From Myxococcota bacterium (GTDB taxonomy: Bacteria > Myxococcota_A > UBA796 > GCA-2862545): 34,121 nucleotides of DNA. Below the pieces are notes generated by a model that worked only from the letters and a program-made list of their open reading frames with translations, made no database searches and was not told where the DNA came from. Shown piece after piece: positions 1 to 9,798 of this stretch. Made by a program: the position numbers and the translations under genes. The stretch covers positions 1-34,121 of the forward strand of contig JBCCQY010000099.1 in NCBI GenBank assembly GCA_039208735.1, read 5' to 3'. Position 1 is the stretch's first letter, and every line of letters begins with the position of its first letter.

Positions 1-2
1 AG

Positions 3-335
3 GCCATCGCGCTGCACGGCGACGAACGCTTGGAATCGGTGACGACGAGAAACAGCCAAACCTTTGAAGAAACCCAGCATTCGGTGGCCGCGATGTTCAT
101 CATGGTGGGGGCAGCGCCCAATACTGGCTGGCTCAAAGACTTGGTGGAGCTTGACGAAAAGGGCTTTGTCGTCACCGGCCGCGAAGGCTCACCGTTTGCA
201 ACGTCGACACCAGGGTTGTTCGCGGTCGGAGATGTGCGCTCTGGCTCGGTCAAGCGGGTGGCGTCCGCCGTAGGTGAGGGATCGGTTGTGATCAGTGCGG
301 TGTGGCGTCATGTTCGCTCGTTGGCAGAAGGTTGA
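3..335 (+). CDS. Thioredoxin-reductase-like FAD-dependent oxidoreductase, C-terminal part (5' end outside window)
   Basis: Frame is open from base 3. C-terminal FAD-binding signature TSTPGLFAVGDVRSGSVKRVASAVGEGS, typical of the TrxB-like subgroup often fused to cNMP/receiver domains. Confidence 0.9.
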   Translation, partial: AIALHGDERLESVTTRNSQTFEETQHSVAAMFIMVGAAPNTGWLKDLVELDEKGFVVTGREGSPFATSTPGLFAVGDVRSGSVKRVASAVGEGSVVISAVWRHVRSLAEG

Positions 336-400
336 GCGGCTTCTTCGGCCAGGGTCGTCCTCGGGGGTAAACTGCCCGCTTGCTGCTGTTCTGATTTCGC

Positions 401-415
401 GCAAGCTTCGCTTGC
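401..415. terminator. Short hairpin between convergent genes (possible terminator)
   Basis: GCAAGC-TTC-GCTTGC inverted repeat between stops at 335 and 422; no clear U-tract. Confidence 0.25.
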
Positions 416-421
416 CGCTGA

Positions 422-973
422 TCAAAAGACGCGGATCATGACCCCGAGACCGAGATCCGTTCGGGAGATCGCCGAGCCCCGACCAACGTTTGCGCCCGCG
501 AGGTGCCGGAACGACGCCGTGACGGCGATCGGCTTCGCTACGACCCAGCGCGGCGCTACCGTGAAGCCGAGTTGCGGGCTGCCATCGCCGAAGCGATCGG
601 GCCCGGCATCGTAGAACAACCACGCTCCCCCAGCCGACGCCATCAGATCGACGCCGACCCCCGTCTGCTCGAGCACCCCGAGCCGCACCCCGAGCGAGCC
701 AACGAGGCCGCCCGCGTTGTCGAGCAGGAACGTCCCGGGGCCTCCGAACGTGCCCGGCAGCGCAAGATCGAGCTGCCCGCGCCCCACGAAGCGCTTCCAC
801 GACATCTCGGCGATCCCGCCGAAGTATCCGCCGGTGAACCGGTCTCCGTCCCACGCGATGCGGGGGGAGCCGGTGATGTGAAGTCCCACCCCGCCGTGGA
901 GATCGGAGGCGGCAGCGACGGTCGTGAGGGCGAAGGCGAGGGTAACCAGAGCAACCTCCAAGTCGGCGACCAT
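422..973 (-). CDS. Putative small outer-membrane beta-barrel protein
   Basis: Signal-like segment VALVTLAFALTTVAAA, alternating Gly/hydrophobic strands and a C-terminal LGLGVMIRVF ending in Phe (BAM-signal-like). Start is uncertain (ORF track extends to 1066). Confidence 0.6.
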   Translation of the reverse strand: MVADLEVALVTLAFALTTVAAASDLHGGVGLHITGSPRIAWDGDRFTGGYFGGIAEMSWKRFVGRGQLDLALPGTFGGPGTFLLDNAGGLVGSLGVRLGVLEQTGVGVDLMASAGGAWLFYDAGPDRFGDGSPQLGFTVAPRWVVAKPIAVTASFRHLAGANVGRGSAISRTDLGLGVMIRVF

Positions 974-1055
974 ACCGCAGCCGTGAGGGCCGGCGCGGCC
1001 ATCACCACTCAAACGCGCTCGACCTCGCTCCAAAGACGCGCCGTCGTGCGTCATG

Positions 1056-1991
1056 TCATGTGTCATGACCGCGGTGAAGGACCGCGCTGAGGACGGAGAC
1101 CGCTTGGCCGCGAAACCAGGTGACGGCTGGCTCGCGCCCGCGATGGCGACTCCAGTGCACCCCCAGGGGCAGCGGAGAAAGGGGAAGGGGAGGCGTCACG
1201 CGGCGGAGGCCAAAGGCCTCAGCGTAGGGCACAAGAACGGTCTGAGGCACCGTGAGGAGCAAGTCGGTCGTTGCGAGCAAGGGCGGCGCCATTGTGAAAG
1301 CAGGGAGGTGTACCGTGATCTGGCGGGCGAGGCCCCGCTCCTCGAGAAGCCGGTCGATCTGGCTCGGGCCTGCCGAACCCGTGCGCACCATGATGTGGGG
1401 GTAGGCGAGCCAAGCGTCCAGGTCGAGTGTGTCGAGGGCCGGATGACCCGCACGGCCGAACACGGCCCACGGGATTGTGCCTAGATGCTCAACACAAATC
1501 GGACTGTCGCCACGAGAGGGCGCGCGGGCGGGGGCTACCGCCAGATCGACGCGTCCGTCACGAACATCATCGGAGACCCCGCGACCTGGTGGGACGATCT
1601 CAAGCCGGGCGCGCGGCGCCTCGGCCGCGAGTCGAGCGATCAAGGCGGTGAGCACGCCAGAGAGAAAGTCGGGCGCCACCAAGGTGAAAAGCCGGGTGGT
1701 GGAGGACGGGTCGAAGCGGGGCTCGCTGACGAGGACCTGTTGAAGTGAACGAAGCAGGCGATTGAGTTCCGGCATCATCGCAGCCGCCCGCGGGCTCGGC
1801 CGCATCTCCGCGCCCACACGCACGAGCAAGGGATCGTCGAGCTGAGAGCGCAGCCTCGCGAGGGCGTGGCTCACCGCAGACTGGCTACGGTGAAGGCGGG
1901 TGGCCGCGCGGGTCACGCTGCGCTCCTCGAGCAGCACGTCCAGCACCACCAATAGGTTGAGATCTAGATCTCGCAGATGCACATCTTGCAT
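1056..1991 (-). CDS. LysR-family transcriptional regulator (NodD/LeuO-like)
   Basis: N-terminal DLNLLVVLDVLLEERSVTRAATRLHRSQSAVSHALARLR HTH plus substrate-binding domain; 311 aa. Confidence 0.97.
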   Translation of the reverse strand: MQDVHLRDLDLNLLVVLDVLLEERSVTRAATRLHRSQSAVSHALARLRSQLDDPLLVRVGAEMRPSPRAAAMMPELNRLLRSLQQVLVSEPRFDPSSTTRLFTLVAPDFLSGVLTALIARLAAEAPRARLEIVPPGRGVSDDVRDGRVDLAVAPARAPSRGDSPICVEHLGTIPWAVFGRAGHPALDTLDLDAWLAYPHIMVRTGSAGPSQIDRLLEERGLARQITVHLPAFTMAPPLLATTDLLLTVPQTVLVPYAEAFGLRRVTPPLPLSPLPLGVHWSRHRGREPAVTWFRGQAVSVLSAVLHRGHDT

Positions 1992-2004
1992 CGTACCTGC
2001 ACAT
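1990..2004. promoter_or_regulatory. Possible LysR recognition site (T-N11-A) in the divergent promoter
   Basis: ATCGTACCTGCACAT overlaps the LysR start codon and resembles ATC-N9-GAT; it lies in the 65-bp divergent gap. Confidence 0.3.
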
Positions 2005-2056
2005 TATGCACTGGGCTGGATGGCAGGGTGAGCGTAGTCGTGCAGCGGAGGTGTCC

Positions 2057-2461
2057 ATGAAGTCCGACTCCCTGCCCTGGTGGCTGCTCGCCTACCCCGT
2101 GATCGTCGCGCTCTGGTCGACGGCGTTCACCATTTGGTCGGCCGTCGATGCGTCAGCGATGTACGACGCGTTCGGTTTGGACGTGTCTTGCGACCCCTTT
2201 GCAATGGGCAACAGCGTGGCCCGCTACGCGGGCATCGCGGCGGCGCTGTGGCTTGCCATCCTCGTCGTGCGCACGCCCGAGGCATTGCTCGTCGCCATGG
2301 TGGCGCGGCACGTGATGGATCTGGGCGACGTCGTGGCGGGCCTGCAGGTCGGCCTGATGGGTCCGTTCGATTTGTGGCAGCCGTTTGTGATGTTCCTTGG
2401 CCCCGAATGGCTCACGATTGCGGGTCTGGTCATGTGGGCGCGCCGGCAGCGCGAGGGGTAG
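2057..2461 (+). CDS. Small multi-TM membrane protein (DUF4267-like), probable LysR target
   Basis: GGAGG upstream of ATG 2057; 3-4 hydrophobic helices; divergent from lysR. Confidence 0.75.
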   Translation: MKSDSLPWWLLAYPVIVALWSTAFTIWSAVDASAMYDAFGLDVSCDPFAMGNSVARYAGIAAALWLAILVVRTPEALLVAMVARHVMDLGDVVAGLQVGLMGPFDLWQPFVMFLGPEWLTIAGLVMWARRQREG

Positions 2462-2477
2462 CGCCTTACGTGTCTTG

Positions 2478-3125
2478 ATGCGTTGTCGGACTGTTTGTGT
2501 CGCTCTGTTGCTGCCGCTCTTTGGGAACACAGCGTTCGCCCACGACATGGGCTTCGGCTCCCAGTGGCGCGATCTTGAGTTCATGGAAGATGGTGCTTCT
2601 CCAGGCTCCGACAAGATCGTCTTGGTGGTCGACGTCCTCGAGGTCCGGGCTGGCCGCGGCAAGCGCCTTGCCAACAGCATCACCGGACGCATCACCAACG
2701 GACGTGAGCGATCCGGCGTCCTTGCCGAGGAACAGTACCGGGATCTGCTCCGGTCTGTGAACGAGGGCAAGAACCTGCGGGCCTACAGATCGACGGTGGT
2801 GACCGCTGCCGATCGCCTCGGCACTACGAGCTGGACGCCCCAGGGAGCGGACGGGAAAGCGGTGGTCGATTTGCGCTTTGCTCGCGACGAAGGCCTGTGG
2901 GCAGGCACGGTGGAATTCCGGGCTCTCGACGCGGACAAGGCTCTACAGGGCGAGTACCGAGCAGTCGCCAACCGGTTTTTTCTACGCGGCAAGAGTGGAA
3001 GCGATTGGCTGCTGATGGTCACCCTACTGGACGAGACCCCGAGGGATAGGCGAGTAGATCCCTGGCAGCAGCCATCACCGTCGTGGTCGCCCGAAGAGGC
3101 ACTGGAGCCGGAAAACTGGCAGTGA
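2478..3125 (+). CDS. Hypothetical secreted protein
   Basis: MRCRTVCVALLLPLFGNTAFA-HD signal peptide; normal coding composition; 16 bp after the previous stop. Confidence 0.7.
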   Translation: MRCRTVCVALLLPLFGNTAFAHDMGFGSQWRDLEFMEDGASPGSDKIVLVVDVLEVRAGRGKRLANSITGRITNGRERSGVLAEEQYRDLLRSVNEGKNLRAYRSTVVTAADRLGTTSWTPQGADGKAVVDLRFARDEGLWAGTVEFRALDADKALQGEYRAVANRFFLRGKSGSDWLLMVTLLDETPRDRRVDPWQQPSPSWSPEEALEPENWQ

Positions 3126-3134
3126 TCGACAGGC

Positions 3135-3157
3135 CGCCGGCTCCACTCGAGCCGGCG
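3135..3157. terminator. GC-rich hairpin between convergent genes (candidate bidirectional terminator)
   Basis: CGCCGGCTC-CACTC-GAGCCGGCG, a perfect 9-bp stem in the 55-bp gap; no U-tract. Confidence 0.5.
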
Positions 3158-3180
3158 CGCGTCGAACGTCGCCGCAAGCG

Positions 3181-6100
3181 CTACTCGGAGTCGAGCTCGT
3201 CGTTATCCGCGCTGGCTTCGGCCTCAGCGGCTTCGGCCATGCGCTTGCGAAGCTTCTTGGCGTCCTTCGGGCTGTACTTGTCGTAGAGCGGAAGAGCGAG
3301 TTCCTTACCGTCGATCACCGTGAACTCGATACCGGCCTCCTTGAGGATCGGTCCGATCACCTTGAGCGGTCCGTCGTACTGGATGACGAGGGCGTCAGGG
3401 CATGGCTCCATCAGCGCCTGCATGGCTTCGGGCGTCACGCCGGCCAGCAGGTCACCGTAGCTTCGCCACTGATCGTACGTCCAGCCATCGCCAAGCGCAG
3501 AGGCGAAGTTGTTCGCGACGTCGGCAATCGCCTGCAGACCGAGCACCGGCTTGCGCGAGAGCGAGAGCTGAGAGGGCCGGAACCGATTCATCGGGAAGAC
3601 ACCATTCGCGCCGTCTTCGACGATCTTGTGGAAGACATTGGTCGTAAGCGCTACCGCGTCGTTTTGGACCAGGCCGCGCATCGTGAGGACGTTGGTGTCA
3701 CCCACCCGCGACTGGATCGAGCCCCCCGGCGAGTAGGAAACGCCCTCCTTGACTCGGAGCTCCTGGAACACGGTACCGTTGAGCATGGTGCTCAAGACCC
3801 GGCGGTCCGCCCGGCCCTCCGGGCCGCTATCGGCAAGGCGGCAGTAGGCGGTCACCTCGGTTTGGGGGCGGCGCTCCTGGTCGACGAGCAGGTAAAGCGG
3901 CTCGTGACTCGGGATCTCGGCCTTGCCCGGCGACGGCATGGGCTCGAAGGACTCGGCCTCCGTCGACCAGCTACCAAAGTACTTCTCCGCCGCACTGTAG
4001 ACCTCGTCGGCATCGAAGGAACCGACCGCGACGAGCATCATGTTCTGCGGGTGGTATTTGCGCGCGATGTAGTCCAGGACATCGCGCTTCTTGAGCCGCT
4101 TCGCCCACTCCAAGTCTTCGTACCTCGACACGCCGAACGCGGGATGGTCGATGGGGCCCAGCGCCTCGCTGGTCAAGCGGCTTTGCCAATAGTCATCGCT
4201 CTGCCAACGGCCAAGCATGCGAGACTTCTGCCGTTTGATGTAGGTGCCCTTACCGTCAAAGTCAGGGCGAATTCCCTCGAGGCGCTTGCGGAGGTACCAC
4301 AGGGCATCTCCGGTGTTACCGGCTGGAGCATCCATGCCAAGCCAGGTGAAGGTGCCCCGACCGCCATCCCTCCAGCGCGCGGCAATGCGAAGAGGATCGA
4401 GGTTCACGTCGAAGCCCTCGCTCGCCAGGAGATCGATGGTGCTGTCCGTGCCGCGGACGTCGCTCGACCGGCCGCCTTGGGACACGAGCCGGATGGAGGC
4501 CAGCGGGGCCTCACCGTGCGGATAGACCACCACACGCATGCCGTTGGGCAGCTTCCGGTCGATGACCTTGTCGAAATCCGGCGTGACGACCTGCTCGCGG
4601 ATGAGGTCCGCCGTGATCTGATCGTCGGTGAGCATGGAGACGATCTGGTCGTCGTCGGCGCTCGCACCGTGGTACTCGGACTCGGAGCTGTCGAGAACCA
4701 GTTCATCCTTCGGCAGCGGCTTGAGCACGAAACGGGCTGCGCGCTCGCGGGTCGCGAACTGCTGCACCATCTCCAGCACCGGAGCCATGTCGAGGCGCCC
4801 AAACGAATTCATGGCGCTCGAATAGTACTGGTGGTCGCCCGTATGGTGCGCATACTCACCGAGCTGCGTTGCGCGGGCAGCGGTCAGACCCGACACCCGG
4901 TCCATCGAATTGAGCGTGTCGCGAATGGCGCCATTGCGGCTCGTTCCGAAGTCGCGCTCGATGGCCTGGCGCACGATCGGATTGCCGAACGACTCGGGGT
5001 TTGTGACTTCCACCAGCTGGTCGAGCATCTTCTCGGTCCACCGCGCTGCGGGCCGCCCCCTCTTGACCTCGGTGTAGCACAGCATCATGCTGTTCTCTTG
5101 GAAGGGCAGGTACCAGCACCCGACTTGGGGGCGCTTGAGTTCGTCCTTCACCACGTCGAACTCAGAATAGAACTGACGGAACAGCTGACCCGCAATCTGG
5201 CCCGCCGCCACGTTGCCGACGACGTCCTGACCCTGGAAGCCGCTGGGCAGCGACCAGGCGACAACCGCGATCTGGTTGTTGACCGCAGCTTCGTAGGTCG
5301 CAACCTCACGCGTGACCGGGTCGCCGGGGGGCCGGCCGAAAGAGGCACTGCGGACCACAGGATCGCCCTCAATGTCGAGCGGCAGGCGCGGGTTCGCCGG
5401 GTCCATGGCAACGAAGTAGACCTGGTCGCGGTCCGGGTTCTGTGGGTCGACTTCGTCGATGGCCACCCCAGGGCGCGGCGCAAATCTCACGTGGTCCTCG
5501 GTCAGGTCAGGGTGGAGCAAGGACAGGTCGAAGTTCTCCACGATGAGCGAGCCCGCCTCCTCCGGCTCGAAGTCGCCAACAACCACGATGGTCGATTCAT
5601 TGGGTCGATAGCTCTTGGCGGCAAAGTCACGGATGTCTTCGAGTGTGATGCTGTCCAGCGTGTCGTGGCTACCGATACCCAGACGTCCGTAGGGGTGGTC
5701 GCCCGTGAACAGCGATTCAAGCGCGTACTGGTAGATCGCGCGACCCTCCATCTGGCCACGCATCCGAAGCTCGTTGCGAATGACCTCGCGCTCGGAGTCG
5801 ACCTCTTCAGGACGGACGCCGTTGATCGTATTGGTGAGGCGAAGTGACGCAAACCGCATGAGTGTGGGCAGCGCGGCCTTCGGACAGACCGACATGTAGT
5901 TGGTCCAATCCATCGACGTGGAAGCGTTGAGGTTGCACCCGAGGTCTTCGAGTACGTCCCACGTCTTGACCTGCGAGTCATCGATGTGCCGAGACTTGAA
6001 CCACAAATGCTCGAGGAAGTGCGCAATCCCTTCCTTGCCCTGCGGGTCGCTGGTGGAACCGTGATCGATGTACGTGGTGATCGCAACGATCGGAGCCGAG

Positions 6101-6270
6101 TGGTCGGGTTGCATGATGACCCGCAGCCCACTCGGGAACTGGAAACTCCGGGAGTCCATTGTGAACCCTTGCGGCAGCTGAGGACGCATGTCCTGCGGTG
6201 CCTGGATGGTCTCCCCCGCCTGGGCAGTTGGTCCGCCCCCCAGCAGAGTCAGAGCAAGTAAGGACGTCAT
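3181..6270 (-). CDS. Secreted M16 (insulinase/pitrilysin) zinc peptidase, single-chain two-lobed
   Basis: Signal peptide, FPSGLRVI, GIAHFLEHLWF (HxxEH), NASTSMDWTNY and EREVIRNE. The second lobe (LPNGMRVV...ELRVKEGVSY) lacks HxxEH. AGGAGG RBS. Confidence 0.95.
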   Translation of the reverse strand: MTSLLALTLLGGGPTAQAGETIQAPQDMRPQLPQGFTMDSRSFQFPSGLRVIMQPDHSAPIVAITTYIDHGSTSDPQGKEGIAHFLEHLWFKSRHIDDSQVKTWDVLEDLGCNLNASTSMDWTNYMSVCPKAALPTLMRFASLRLTNTINGVRPEEVDSEREVIRNELRMRGQMEGRAIYQYALESLFTGDHPYGRLGIGSHDTLDSITLEDIRDFAAKSYRPNESTIVVVGDFEPEEAGSLIVENFDLSLLHPDLTEDHVRFAPRPGVAIDEVDPQNPDRDQVYFVAMDPANPRLPLDIEGDPVVRSASFGRPPGDPVTREVATYEAAVNNQIAVVAWSLPSGFQGQDVVGNVAAGQIAGQLFRQFYSEFDVVKDELKRPQVGCWYLPFQENSMMLCYTEVKRGRPAARWTEKMLDQLVEVTNPESFGNPIVRQAIERDFGTSRNGAIRDTLNSMDRVSGLTAARATQLGEYAHHTGDHQYYSSAMNSFGRLDMAPVLEMVQQFATRERAARFVLKPLPKDELVLDSSESEYHGASADDDQIVSMLTDDQITADLIREQVVTPDFDKVIDRKLPNGMRVVVYPHGEAPLASIRLVSQGGRSSDVRGTDSTIDLLASEGFDVNLDPLRIAARWRDGGRGTFTWLGMDAPAGNTGDALWYLRKRLEGIRPDFDGKGTYIKRQKSRMLGRWQSDDYWQSRLTSEALGPIDHPAFGVSRYEDLEWAKRLKKRDVLDYIARKYHPQNMMLVAVGSFDADEVYSAAEKYFGSWSTEAESFEPMPSPGKAEIPSHEPLYLLVDQERRPQTEVTAYCRLADSGPEGRADRRVLSTMLNGTVFQELRVKEGVSYSPGGSIQSRVGDTNVLTMRGLVQNDAVALTTNVFHKIVEDGANGVFPMNRFRPSQLSLSRKPVLGLQAIADVANNFASALGDGWTYDQWRSYGDLLAGVTPEAMQALMEPCPDALVIQYDGPLKVIGPILKEAGIEFTVIDGKELALPLYDKYSPKDAKKLRKRMAEAAEAEASADNDELDSE

Positions 6271-6311
6271 CGTTCCTCCTGAGGTCGCCTAGCCAATCCC
6301 TTGCAGGCTGT

Positions 6312-7235
6312 TCATTGAGTGGAGTGTTGTCCTGAGAAGAGTTTCCTGAAGGTGTCGACGTTGCCGCGTGCTTGGACCAGGTAGTCGTACCGGCCCTCTC
6401 GGGGTTGTTCGAGAGGGTCAACCCAGATGTGGCGCGTGCTCGCAGGAAAAGCGCCCTTCACCGCATCGGTGGGAGGTCCCTCCCACAGCAGGATGGGTGA
6501 TGGCTTGCCATCGGCCCAGGAGGACCAGGCGGCGACGGCCTTCGCGTTCGGTACTTCTTCGGGATCGAAGTCGAAGCTGGTCAGGTCCAAGGTGTATCGG
6601 CGCGCTAAATAGTTGAAGGCCGGGTGACTGGCCGAAAGCGGAACTCCCGCGCTCGGGGCGAGGGCGGCCTCCAGTTCGTTATGGAGGGCCTGCAGGTCTT
6701 CGGTGACTCGCCCCAGGTTGGTGTCGAGAACCGCCTCGTGCTCCGGCATGACGCGAACGAGCGCTTCATGCACCACCCCAGCCTGTTGCGCGTAGCCGAG
6801 TGGATCTGACCAGGTATGGGGATCGATGCTTGCATGGCTATGCTCACCGGCCTTTCCATGGCTGTGGGTCTTGCCCTTCAGCTCGATGAGTTCGGTCAAG
6901 GATGCGCTTTCGATCACCTTCGCTTCGGGCAGGGTGGCGGTCTTCAGCCAGCCCTCGAAACCTGCCCCGTTGACCACGATCAAATCGGCAGCCGCCAACG
7001 CCGCAACTTGCTCGCCGGAGGGCTGCCAGAACGGCGCATCCTCGCCTGGGGGAAGAATATTCTCGCGAAGCGCCAGATCGCCGGCGAGTCGATCCACCAA
7101 CCAGTCTGCAGGAAAAGACGCGGTGCGAATCTCAATGCGCGACGCGGGTTCCGGCTCTTCGAGCGGTTCCGGCGAAGGGGCAGGCTGGCCTCCACAACCG
7201 ATAACAAGCGACAAAATGAGAGAGATCCCGAGCAT
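6312..7235 (-). CDS. ZnuA/TroA-family (cluster A-I) metal-binding lipoprotein
   Basis: Lipobox VIGC, ADLIVVNGAGFEGW, His-rich loop THSHGKAGEHSH, DPHTWSDP and HPAFNYLARRY. Confidence 0.93.
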   Translation of the reverse strand: MLGISLILSLVIGCGGQPAPSPEPLEEPEPASRIEIRTASFPADWLVDRLAGDLALRENILPPGEDAPFWQPSGEQVAALAAADLIVVNGAGFEGWLKTATLPEAKVIESASLTELIELKGKTHSHGKAGEHSHASIDPHTWSDPLGYAQQAGVVHEALVRVMPEHEAVLDTNLGRVTEDLQALHNELEAALAPSAGVPLSASHPAFNYLARRYTLDLTSFDFDPEEVPNAKAVAAWSSWADGKPSPILLWEGPPTDAVKGAFPASTRHIWVDPLEQPREGRYDYLVQARGNVDTFRKLFSGQHSTQ

Positions 7236-7247
7236 GGTGGTCCTCCT

Positions 7248-8417
7248 TCAGCCAACGGTCGCGGCTGAGAGCAAAGAGAGCCCGGCCCAGACGAAGAGAG
7301 CCGTGCAGCACACGGACGCGAGCAGCACCAGACCGATTTCCGCGCCGACGATGGTGGTGATGGCCCAGCGCGAACTGCCGAGGCGACGCATGAGGGTGAG
7401 TTCCTCGTGACGCAGCCGAAGAGAGAGGGTGACCGCGAGCCAGTAGAACGCCGCGGTGGTCACGGCCACAGCGGCGAAGTACACGCCCATCGCATCGCGG
7501 AGGCGCAGCACGATCCCGAAGATGGTCTCGATGACCTTGACTGGGCGCACCGCCTGGAGGGTCTCTTCCAGCGCGAAGTCGCCCAAGAACTGATCATGGG
7601 CACGCTGGTCTTTCGGGAACACCATCACGGAGGTGATCGGGGCTTCGTCCTGGCTACCATGCAGATGGAAGGAGGACCGGTTTTGCGCGTTGATCTCGCT
7701 GAACATGAAGAGGGCCGCCGTGGCCTCCAGGTTCTCTTCCTCCCGGTCGGGGTTCAGCGAGCTTGCCCGGGTGACCTCGTCGTGGCCGTGGAACAGGCCA
7801 TCGATGACCCAAGTCGTCTTGACGTCTCCGAAGAAGGCCTGGTCGTCGGGGGTCCCGCTCGGGGCGAGGAGACCGACGACCTCAAGCATGATGGGGTAGC
7901 TCCCAGCGATGTTGTACAGGTTGGTCAAGTCCGAGCGGACGGTGTCCCCGGGTGAGAGGTCGAACGCAGCTGCGACGTCCGAGCCCGCGACAACCTCGCC
8001 GAGCACACCAGGGAGACGACCCGCCTCGATCTGCAGGCCGCGCTGGTCGAAGTAATCGAGATTGGTACCCACCAGCGCCGCACCGCTTGCGCGGTAGCGG
8101 GCGTACAGCGGCACAGCCACAACGTCCCGCCGCTGGCGGATTCGACGCCAATCCCCTGCCGTAATCGGGTCCCGAACCTGCCCTCTGAAGTACAGGCTGC
8201 TGATGACCAAGTCGAACTCGTTTCCCGCGTGGCCGACGACAATCGGGCTGCTTTGCGCCCGCGCATACATGGTGTCCTCGAGCTGCGCCGCGGCCAGCCA
8301 CGTGAACACCGGCAGGAACAGAGCCACCGTGGTGCCGAGCACCAGCACGACCGTGCGACGGGGTGCCGACGCCATGTAGTGGGCCGCCAGGAACAGCGCG
8401 TTGACCATCCCTGTCAT
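7248..8417 (-). CDS. ABC transporter permease, MacB/LolE/FtsX type
   Basis: N-terminal TM, large periplasmic domain (GEVVAGSDVA; HGHDE insert), three C-terminal TMs with RHEELTLMRRLGSSR; ATGA overlap with the ATPase gene. Confidence 0.88.
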   Translation of the reverse strand: MTGMVNALFLAAHYMASAPRRTVVLVLGTTVALFLPVFTWLAAAQLEDTMYARAQSSPIVVGHAGNEFDLVISSLYFRGQVRDPITAGDWRRIRQRRDVVAVPLYARYRASGAALVGTNLDYFDQRGLQIEAGRLPGVLGEVVAGSDVAAAFDLSPGDTVRSDLTNLYNIAGSYPIMLEVVGLLAPSGTPDDQAFFGDVKTTWVIDGLFHGHDEVTRASSLNPDREEENLEATAALFMFSEINAQNRSSFHLHGSQDEAPITSVMVFPKDQRAHDQFLGDFALEETLQAVRPVKVIETIFGIVLRLRDAMGVYFAAVAVTTAAFYWLAVTLSLRLRHEELTLMRRLGSSRWAITTIVGAEIGLVLLASVCCTALFVWAGLSLLSAATVG

Positions 8418-9112
8418 GCAGCCTCTCCCCGACCGTCCGTGCGAAGGGAGGACACGTCCAACGATGTTGCGAAGCGCTCGATGACGCTGGGGTCGTGGGT
8501 CACCAGCAACAGCGTGAGTTCGCGCTCACCTGTCAGGCGCTCCACGAGTTCCATGAAGGCGTCCGTGCGCTGGGTGTCCAAACCCGCGGTGGGCTCATCC
8601 GCCAACAACAGGCGGGGCTCGGTCACGAGCGCCCTGGCGATGGCCACCCTCTGGCGCTCGCCCTGGGAGAGTGCGGCCGGCCGCCGCAATCGAAGGGGTG
8701 CCATATCGAGTTGTTCGAGAAGCCCCAGCGCGCGCTGTCGTGCAGCGTCATCCAGGCGGAGAGCGGGATTGATGCGGTAGGGGAGGAGCACGTTGTTCAG
8801 AACGTCGAGGTAGTCGACCAGCGGGAAGTCCTGGAAGATGAACCCCATGTTCCGGATGCGGTGAGCGCGGCGTCCTCGATCCCCAAGTACGCTCATGTCC
8901 TCGCCAAGGACCTCGAGTTTGCCAGCCTCCGCCACGAGTACTCCCGCGACGAGATTGAGCAGCGTGGACTTGCCGCCGCCAGACGGACCGTGGAGCACAA
9001 CCCGTGCTCCCACGGGGACTTCCCACGATGGCACGTGCAGGCCAAACGGCGCCTCATCGACGTTTCCTGGATACGAAAACCGAAGCCCCTCGGCGCGGAT
9101 CGCGGCCGTCAT
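8414..9112 (-). CDS. ABC transporter ATP-binding protein, LolD/MacB-like
   Basis: Walker A GPSGGGKST, GFIFQDF, signature LSQGERQRVAIARAL, Walker B LLLADEPT and VTHD. Confidence 0.97.
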   Translation of the reverse strand: MTAAIRAEGLRFSYPGNVDEAPFGLHVPSWEVPVGARVVLHGPSGGGKSTLLNLVAGVLVAEAGKLEVLGEDMSVLGDRGRRAHRIRNMGFIFQDFPLVDYLDVLNNVLLPYRINPALRLDDAARQRALGLLEQLDMAPLRLRRPAALSQGERQRVAIARALVTEPRLLLADEPTAGLDTQRTDAFMELVERLTGERELTLLLVTHDPSVIERFATSLDVSSLRTDGRGEAA

Positions 9113-9753
9113 GGTGGAAGGTCCGGGGATTTCTCTCCTTCCTCGATTTCATCGCCACCGGCCGACACGGCATCGTCAGCCACTCCGCTCCGGAGCAGCT
9201 CCAGCGGGCTCATGTAGCCTCCGGAACTCTTGTCACCTTGGCCTTTCCCCTCGGCGAAACCGGCGAAGCCCGTGCCCAAGGCGCTGCGCACGCGGCGAAG
9301 ATTGCGCAGGCGGGTGTCTACGATGCGCAGGCCCTCTGAGGTCTGCGTCAGGGTGTAGACCGCTTCGTAGCGGTTGACCCGCGTATGCTTGTGGCCTTGG
9401 TGAGTGACGACCCCGCCGACGCTCCAGGCAGCGGCGACCCGGTACCGGTCATCTTCCACATCGAGCAAGTGAACATCGTCGTAGTCCACGCTCACGATGT
9501 GGATGGCGGTCTCTTCTTGGCGCATCCGGACGCGGGTAGTGAAGTGTTCCACATACTCGTTGGTAAGGGCCGTTCCGGAGAAGCTCGCATCAAGCAGAGC
9601 ATGGATGGCATCCCGATCGAGAGGCAGTCCGTAAACGTCGTACACCTTTCGATGGATCTCCTCGAAGCCCTGCACGAGTGCAGACTCACTGAGCGTGTTC
9701 TCAGTGCCGTCAGCACAGGAAGACAGCGATAAAAAAGCCGATAGGAGCGTCAA
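9109..9753 (-). CDS. Hypothetical lipoprotein, first gene of the metal ABC operon
   Basis: TTG at 9753 with GAGG upstream gives MTLLSAFLSLSSC (lipobox-like); alternative ATG at 9795. Contains HQGHKHTR; ATGA overlap with the ATPase gene. Confidence 0.75.
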   Translation of the reverse strand: MTLLSAFLSLSSCADGTENTLSESALVQGFEEIHRKVYDVYGLPLDRDAIHALLDASFSGTALTNEYVEHFTTRVRMRQEETAIHIVSVDYDDVHLLDVEDDRYRVAAAWSVGGVVTHQGHKHTRVNRYEAVYTLTQTSEGLRIVDTRLRNLRRVRSALGTGFAGFAEGKGQGDKSSGGYMSPLELLRSGVADDAVSAGGDEIEEGEKSPDLPP

Positions 9754-9798
9754 TACTGCCTCGGTAAGGGCTGGCGAGCTATAGCGCGTCAACATTGC

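Noticed and set aside
1043..1066. Imperfect 12-bp tandem repeat (MTHD-MTHD) at the lysR stop
   Set aside because: Only two degenerate copies; plausibly chance.
3628..5847. 739-aa + strand ORF
   Set aside because: Antisense shadow of the M16 peptidase; long opposite-strand frames are expected in high-GC genes, and it has no recognisable motifs.
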